Shown here piece after piece: positions 7,537 to 12,256 of a stretch of DNA of 12,256 bases. Source of the stretch: Candidatus Fraserbacteria bacterium (lineage in GTDB: Bacteria > Bipolaricaulota > Bipolaricaulia > RBG-16-55-9 > JANLFV01); contig JBBIJD010000052.1 in NCBI GenBank assembly GCA_037446135.1, forward strand, positions 1 through 12,256, written 5' to 3'. The translations under genes were made by a program, and so were the position numbers. Each line of letters opens with the position of its first letter. Position 1 is the stretch's first letter. The notes beneath the pieces were generated by a model, which saw only the letters and a program-made list of their open reading frames with translations, had not been told where the DNA came from and searched no databases.

Positions 7537-8569
7537 CGCCATCCCTCCCCCTTCTGCCTTGGACTCGGAGCAGCCCCTCCGCCAGCTCCGTGAGCTTCGG
7601 ATGGACGAACCGGCCCTCCTCCTCGATGGGCTCGCCGTCCAATATCACTGTCGGGTTGAGCATCACCCCATCGGTGTGGGCCTTGGCCGGGCCGACCGCG
7701 AAGCTCGGGACCTGGGAGCCGATCCCGATCTCCACGGAGCCGAAGACCCGTTCATCCTCCAGGATCTTCCCGGTCAGCCTGGCCCCAGGGTTGAAGCCAT
7801 AGGAGAAGTGGGCGAGCTTGAACATCTTCGGGTCGTCGAAGCTCTTGAGCCACTCCCTCAGCCGAGCGGCCTCCGCTCCCCCCTCGATCCGCTTGATCTC
7901 CCCCTCCTCCACCTCGAGCCTGATCGGCCCCTTGAGGAGGCCCAGGTCCTCCGGGGGCCAGAGGGAGCCGTCAAAGACGATGGTCCCGTTGATCGTCCTC
8001 TCCAGGGGATACCAGGAGACCTGCCCTCCGAGGAAGCTCTCCTCGCCGGGGCTAGCGATCCTCCCAGCGTTGTGCTCGACCAATCTCCCTCCCAGCTCGA
8101 GGCTCAACTCTGTGCCCGCGGGGGTCTTGATCTCCATCCTGTTCCCCACTTTGAGCACTTCGACCAGGGCGTCGCCCAGCTCCAGCATCCTAGGGTAATC
8201 TATAGCGGCCACACAACGCCTCATCATCTCGGCCGTCATCCCCGTGAGGCACAGGATCCGAGCGGTCTTGAGGGCCTCGAGATACGCCTCGGTATGGATG
8301 AGATACTTCCCGGCCAGCTCGATGATCAGGTCCGCGGCCTTCATCGCCGCCGCCAGCGGGGCCGGAGGCTCCATATCGACTTCGGGTCGAGTCTCATACA
8401 AAATCAGGGAGACGCTCCCGCCCGCGGCGTGGGCCGCCTCGGCGAGGTGCTTTGCGACCTCAAGATCCGCGGCGGTATCGGCATAGATCAGGACCTCCTC
8501 CCCCTCCCTCAGGTTGCAGATGTATTCGACGATGGTCTTTGCCGCCTTCGCCAGCTCGAGCTGGATCAT
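7523..8569 (-). CDS. M29/aminopeptidase-T-fold metalloprotein (leucyl aminopeptidase-like / NicX-like)
   Basis: Family architecture GEEVLIYAD, IKTPAGTEL, NGTIVFDG, PIRLEVEEG.I..IEGG.EA, GFNPGA.L.G.ILEDERVFG, HTDGV..NPTV.LDG. ATGA-coupled to the DUF917 gene. Confidence 0.8.
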   Translation of the reverse strand: MIQLELAKAAKTIVEYICNLREGEEVLIYADTAADLEVAKHLAEAAHAAGGSVSLILYETRPEVDMEPPAPLAAAMKAADLIIELAGKYLIHTEAYLEALKTARILCLTGMTAEMMRRCVAAIDYPRMLELGDALVEVLKVGNRMEIKTPAGTELSLELGGRLVEHNAGRIASPGEESFLGGQVSWYPLERTINGTIVFDGSLWPPEDLGLLKGPIRLEVEEGEIKRIEGGAEAARLREWLKSFDDPKMFKLAHFSYGFNPGARLTGKILEDERVFGSVEIGIGSQVPSFAVGPAKAHTDGVMLNPTVILDGEPIEEEGRFVHPKLTELAEGLLRVQGRRGRDGDEQE

Positions 8570-9666
8570 GCCAACCTCCTGTTAGCCTCGATCCTCCTGT
8601 ATTCTAATTCATAGCCGAAGTGCCCCGGCCCGAAGAGCTCCAGCCCCCTCGGAGACCGCCAGATCTCCGGGGCGGGATAGCCGACGACCGCCGCTTCCAT
8701 CCCCTCCCGGCAGTTGGGGTTCGTGATCGCCTCCCCGGTCGCGGGCTCGAGGAGGCAGATGAGGTCCGGGACCATGACATCGGGCTCATCATCGAACCAG
8801 GAGATGATGTGCTCGTTCTTATACCATATCCGGTAGCGGTGGCCCAAGTAATCCCCCTCCCCGAGGAGCGCCAGCTCCCCGATGGTGAACCCCTCTTCGA
8901 TCTTCCAATCAGTCCGGGTTACCCGCCCCCTGAATAGGAGATACCCTCCGCCTGCGGCGGCCGCGGCCTCCACTGGGTCCTTGCCGGAGGAGCGGGCCTT
9001 CCGGACCGCCTCCCCGATCGCCAGGGCCTTGGAGAGCGTCCCGGGGATGATCGAGCCCTTCAAGAGCCGCCCTTCAAGGGGATGGTCGGCGACCCCGGCG
9101 CGGTTCCCGCTGGCCACGGCGATCGCCCGGGCGAGCTCCTCGGCCCGGAAGTCGTCGGCCACCTCCTTCAGGATGATGATATCGCCTCTTGCGGTGGCCA
9201 AGGCTAAGGGGGCTATGGGGACATTCATGATATAGAATGTGGTATGCTGCAGCTCGGGGACGGACCGGCCCGCGGGATCGGCATCGACTACGGGGAGACC
9301 GAGCCTTGCGGCCACGGAGAGCGCCACGGCGGTGTTCCCCCCGCCGATCTCCGTGGGGATGACGGCAAAGAACTCCCGCCCGAGGTATTCCTCCAGGGCC
9401 TCAAAGGCCCGGAGGGGCTCGAGCCTTTCATCCTGATCCCGGGATTGAGATGAGCCCTCCGGCGATACGCTCCCGCACATGTAGGGCGAGGCGACCAGGG
9501 CATCATCAGGGACCTCCTCGAGCCCGATCAGCTTGAACTCCCGCCCTGCCTCAAGGTCGCTCCGGACCAACTCGAGCCCCCTCCTGGGGCTCCCTCCGCC
9601 ACCGGTGCCTAGGATGGCACACCCGGTGATAAGATCTTCTAGCTCTTGCTCCCTCAAGATCTTCAT
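8566..9666 (-). CDS. DUF917 family protein (thiohydantoin desulfurase/desulfhydrase-like family)
   Basis: 366 aa with hallmark motifs GCAILGTGGGG, PTEIGGGNT, VVDAD..GRSVPELQ, LFRGRV, KNE, PDLIC, FGP..FGY. SD AGGAGG. Confidence 0.88.
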   Translation of the reverse strand: MKILREQELEDLITGCAILGTGGGGSPRRGLELVRSDLEAGREFKLIGLEEVPDDALVASPYMCGSVSPEGSSQSRDQDERLEPLRAFEALEEYLGREFFAVIPTEIGGGNTAVALSVAARLGLPVVDADPAGRSVPELQHTTFYIMNVPIAPLALATARGDIIILKEVADDFRAEELARAIAVASGNRAGVADHPLEGRLLKGSIIPGTLSKALAIGEAVRKARSSGKDPVEAAAAAGGGYLLFRGRVTRTDWKIEEGFTIGELALLGEGDYLGHRYRIWYKNEHIISWFDDEPDVMVPDLICLLEPATGEAITNPNCREGMEAAVVGYPAPEIWRSPRGLELFGPGHFGYELEYRRIEANRRLA

Positions 9667-9669
9667 GAT

Positions 9670-10533
9670 TCAGATCATCCTCCTCCTTCTCATCTTTGGG
9701 TCTAAGATCTCCCGCAGGCCGTCCCCCACCAGGTTGAAGGAGAGCACGGCGATGAAGATGGCCAGCCCGGGGAAGGTCACGATCCACCAATGGGTCAGGA
9801 AGAAGGTCCGACTGGTGCTGATCATCAGCCCCCACTCCGGGGTGGGCGGCTGGGCTCCCAAGCCGAGGAAGCTCAGTGCGGCCGAGGTGAGGATGATCGA
9901 GCCGAAGTCCATCGAGCCTTGGACGATGACCGGGGCGAGGCAATTGGGGAGGATATGTCTAAAGACGATCTTCCCCCAGGAGGCCCCCATGGCCCGGGCG
10001 GCCTCCACGAAGTCCCTCTCCTTCACCGAGACCGCCTCGCTCCGGAGGAGCCGCGTATACCAAGGCCACCAGGAGATCGCGATAGCGATCATCGCGTTCC
10101 TCAATGTCGGCCCGAGCATGGCCGAGATCGCCATGGCCAAGAGCAGCGTCGGGAAGCTCAGGAATACATCGGTGATCCTCATGATGAGCTCGTCGAGCTT
10201 CCCCCCGGAGTAGCCCGCGATCACCCCTAGGGGCACGCCGATGAGCAGTGCCAGCCCGATCGCGATGACCCCGACCTCCAGGGAGACCCGGGAGCCATAG
10301 AGGACCCGGCTCAGGACATCCCTCCCTAGCTCGTCGGTCCCCAAAGGATGCTCAAGAGATGGGGGCTGAAACCTCTCCTTGATGCGTGTCGCTCCGAGGC
10401 TGTCCTCGGGATAGGGGGCCAGCCAGGGGGCAAAGACTGCGATGAGGACCAGGAGCAGGACCACGGACGAGCCCGCAGCCATCAGAGGAGTCCGCCAAAG
10501 GAGGCGAAGGCTGAGCTTTATCTTTCCAAACAT
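9670..10533 (-). CDS. dppC: Dipeptide/oligopeptide/nickel ABC transporter permease, DppC/OppC
   Basis: HPLGTDELGRDVLSRVLYGSRVSL, EAA loop FVEAARAMGAS...RHILPN, LSFLGLGAQPPTPEWG, FNLVGDGLRE.LDP. Confidence 0.93.
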   Translation of the reverse strand: MFGKIKLSLRLLWRTPLMAAGSSVVLLLVLIAVFAPWLAPYPEDSLGATRIKERFQPPSLEHPLGTDELGRDVLSRVLYGSRVSLEVGVIAIGLALLIGVPLGVIAGYSGGKLDELIMRITDVFLSFPTLLLAMAISAMLGPTLRNAMIAIAISWWPWYTRLLRSEAVSVKERDFVEAARAMGASWGKIVFRHILPNCLAPVIVQGSMDFGSIILTSAALSFLGLGAQPPTPEWGLMISTSRTFFLTHWWIVTFPGLAIFIAVLSFNLVGDGLREILDPKMRRRRMI

Positions 10534-10545
10534 CTTTCGGCCCCG

Positions 10546-11568
10546 CTAGCCGATCCGGATCCTCGGGTCCAAGAACGCCAATGCGAGGTCCACCAAGAGG
10601 TTCAATATCACATAGGTCAGGGCGATCAAGAGCGTGATCCCCATGATCGCCGGATAATCCACGGTTATGATCGCGCTCGCCGCGTAGCGCCCCAGTCCAG
10701 GCCAGCTGAATACGGCCTCGATGAGGAAGGTCGAGACGAGCGAGTAAGCGAAGGTCAGCGCCGAGACCGTCAGGACCGGCCCGATCGCGTTCTTCAGGGC
10801 ATATACGCATAGCACCTTAACCTCGCTCACCCCGTAGGCCCGAACGGTCCTGATATACTCCTCATTCAAGATCTCCAGCATCGTCGCCCTGGTCATCCTG
10901 ACGGTCAGCCCGAGGGGGTAGGTCGAGAGGGTGACCGCCGGGAGGATGATATGCCTGAGGGCGCTTCCGAAGGCAGTGAAGTTCCCGGTGATCAGGGAAT
11001 CGAGCAGGTAGAACCCGGTTATGTTCCTGATCGGATGGATCAGGAGAGTCACCGTGTCGATCCGTCCCTCCAGGGGGAACCAGCCCAGCTCCCGGAAGAA
11101 TATGATCTGGAGGATCATCCCCAGCCAGAAGGCCGGGAGGGCCACCCCGGCGATGGAGAATGTCCGGCTGAGGTGATCGATATATGTCCCGTCCTTCGCG
11201 GCCGATAAGATTCCGAGCGGAACGCCGATGATGAGGGCGAGGAGCATCCCGAAGATGATCAATTCGAGCGAGGCCGGGAGATAGGCCGCTATGTCCTTCA
11301 AGACCGGCTGGTGGGTCCTGATGGAGACCCCCCAATTGCCTCGGATGAAGTTTGTTATATACCTGTAGTAACGGATGTAGATGGGCTCATCTAGCCCTAG
11401 CTCAACCCTCGCTCTAGCGATCTGTTCAGGCTTGGCGTGCGGGCCGACCCACCTGAGGGCCGGATTGGCTGGCACCACGGAGGTGAGGAGGAAGGTGATG
11501 AGAGATACACCGAACAGCGCTATTATCGAGAGCGAGACCCGCCGAGCAACATAGGATGAGAGCTCCAT
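10546..11568 (-). CDS. dppB: Dipeptide/oligopeptide/nickel ABC transporter permease, DppB/OppB
   Basis: LGLDEP, PASLEL, LPAFWLG, HIILPA.TL, EYIRTVRAYG, IEAVFSWPGLG, NLLVDL...LDPRIR. Start placed at ATG 11568 (alternative TTG 11595). Confidence 0.93.
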   Translation of the reverse strand: MELSSYVARRVSLSIIALFGVSLITFLLTSVVPANPALRWVGPHAKPEQIARARVELGLDEPIYIRYYRYITNFIRGNWGVSIRTHQPVLKDIAAYLPASLELIIFGMLLALIIGVPLGILSAAKDGTYIDHLSRTFSIAGVALPAFWLGMILQIIFFRELGWFPLEGRIDTVTLLIHPIRNITGFYLLDSLITGNFTAFGSALRHIILPAVTLSTYPLGLTVRMTRATMLEILNEEYIRTVRAYGVSEVKVLCVYALKNAIGPVLTVSALTFAYSLVSTFLIEAVFSWPGLGRYAASAIITVDYPAIMGITLLIALTYVILNLLVDLALAFLDPRIRIG

Positions 11569-11603
11569 GGACTGGGGTCCTTCGCCCCCAACCAAAGGGG
11601 GTG

Positions 11604-11635
11604 AGGGCCGAGGAGGGGCTCCCCTCCTCGGCCCT
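11604..11635 (-). other. Perfect inverted repeat / strong hairpin between the SBP gene and dppB
   Basis: AGGGCCGAGGAGGGG-CT-CCCCTCCTCGGCCCT has 15-nt perfect arms (14-bp stem with a 4-nt loop) and begins 6 nt after the SBP stop. No immediate U-tract on the minus strand. Confidence 0.85.
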
Positions 11636-11641
11636 TAAGCC

Positions 11642-12256
11642 CTATTCCCTGTAGCAGTCGTACCAGAATACGACATGGGAATAGGCGGGGTTATCCACAT
11701 ACCCCTTGAGAGAGGCCCGCTTAGCCCGGAGGTATTCCATATCGTAGATGGCGACCCCGGCAGCGTCCTCCATCAGGATATTTTGGGCCTCGACATACAG
11801 GTTGATCGCCTCCTCCCTGTCCGTCGCCGAGAGCTCGTTGGCCTTGTTGATCAGGGCATCATATACGGGATTGCTGTAGTAGCTGAAATTGAAGAGCGGC
11901 GGCTCGAGGGTCTCGAACATGGCGCTGAGGAAGGAATGAGGATGGGCATAGTCCGGCCACCAGTAGAAGAGGAAGATGTCCTGCCGCTCATTCGGGTCTG
12001 TAGCATGGCCCAGATCCACCTGGGCCTCCCAGGGCATCCCCCTGATCTCCAGGTCGATGTTCAGCTTGGCGAGCTCCGACTTCCAGAGCTCCGCGGTCCG
12101 CCGCTCATTCTCGTCCCCGGAGACATAGGTGAGGAGGAGCTTGAAGCCCCCCTCAGGATATCCGGCCGCGGCGAGGAGGGCCCTAGCGGTCTCGACGCTG
12201 AGGGTATATTGCTTCACCTTCTCCGAGTAACCCCACAGGCCGTAGGGGACCACCCC
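11642..12256 (-). CDS. dppA: Family 5 ABC substrate-binding protein (DppA/OppA-like), C-terminal part; the gene starts beyond the right edge
   Basis: ARALLAAAGYPEGGF, W..ELAKLNI.LEI, WWPDYAHP..FL, NFSYYSNP.YD.LI..A, R...Y.EAQ.ILMEDA. Lies directly upstream of dppB and dppC. Confidence 0.9.
   Translation of the reverse strand, partial: GVVPYGLWGYSEKVKQYTLSVETARALLAAAGYPEGGFKLLLTYVSGDENERRTAELWKSELAKLNIDLEIRGMPWEAQVDLGHATDPNERQDIFLFYWWPDYAHPHSFLSAMFETLEPPLFNFSYYSNPVYDALINKANELSATDREEAINLYVEAQNILMEDAAGVAIYDMEYLRAKRASLKGYVDNPAYSHVVFWYDCYRE

Noticed and set aside
7496..8614. 372-aa plus-strand ORF
   Set aside because: Antisense shadow of the M29/NicX-fold gene. No recognisable motifs, and such ORFs are expected in high-GC coding DNA.
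9533..10213. 226-aa plus-strand ORF and the other short plus-strand or alternate-frame ORFs across the window
   Set aside because: They overlap confident minus-strand genes and show no family motifs.
11341..11400. Local low-GC patch (26/60 GC) in dppB as a sign of horizontal transfer
   Set aside because: Explained by a Tyr/Ile/Asn/Phe-rich peptide (IYIRYYRYITNFIR). No flanking repeats, integrase or IS sequences were seen.
1..12256. CRISPR array, tandem repeats, transposase, or recoding (frameshift, in-frame stop read-through)
   Set aside because: No periodic repeats were seen by eye, and all complete genes appear full-length and uninterrupted.

Overview
GC-rich bacterial window in which every well-supported gene is on the minus strand. 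It falls into three blocks, listed in transcription order (right to left). (1) A tightly coupled putative catabolic operon: Dpp/Opp-type peptide ABC importer (substrate-binding protein, partial, plus permeases B and C; no ATPase in the window), a DUF917-family protein, an M29/aminopeptidase-T-fold protein whose apparent metal ligands resemble the Fe(II) dioxygenase NicX, a nitroreductase, a small DUF6092-like protein and an M20 PepT-like metallohydrolase. (2) An ABC-2 (DrrAB-like) exporter, one ATPase plus two permeases, with its own candidate promoter. (3) Housekeeping genes: a single-domain lipoate ligase/octanoyltransferase with an apparently leaderless promoter, tatA, sucC with no adjacent sucD, and the 5' end of murF, which the ORF track missed. 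No RNA genes, CRISPR arrays or mobile elements were recognised. Block 1 is the best candidate for an undescribed system: an uptake and degradation pathway for a peptide-like or N/S-heterocyclic substrate. All family assignments come from reading motifs by eye, not from database searches.
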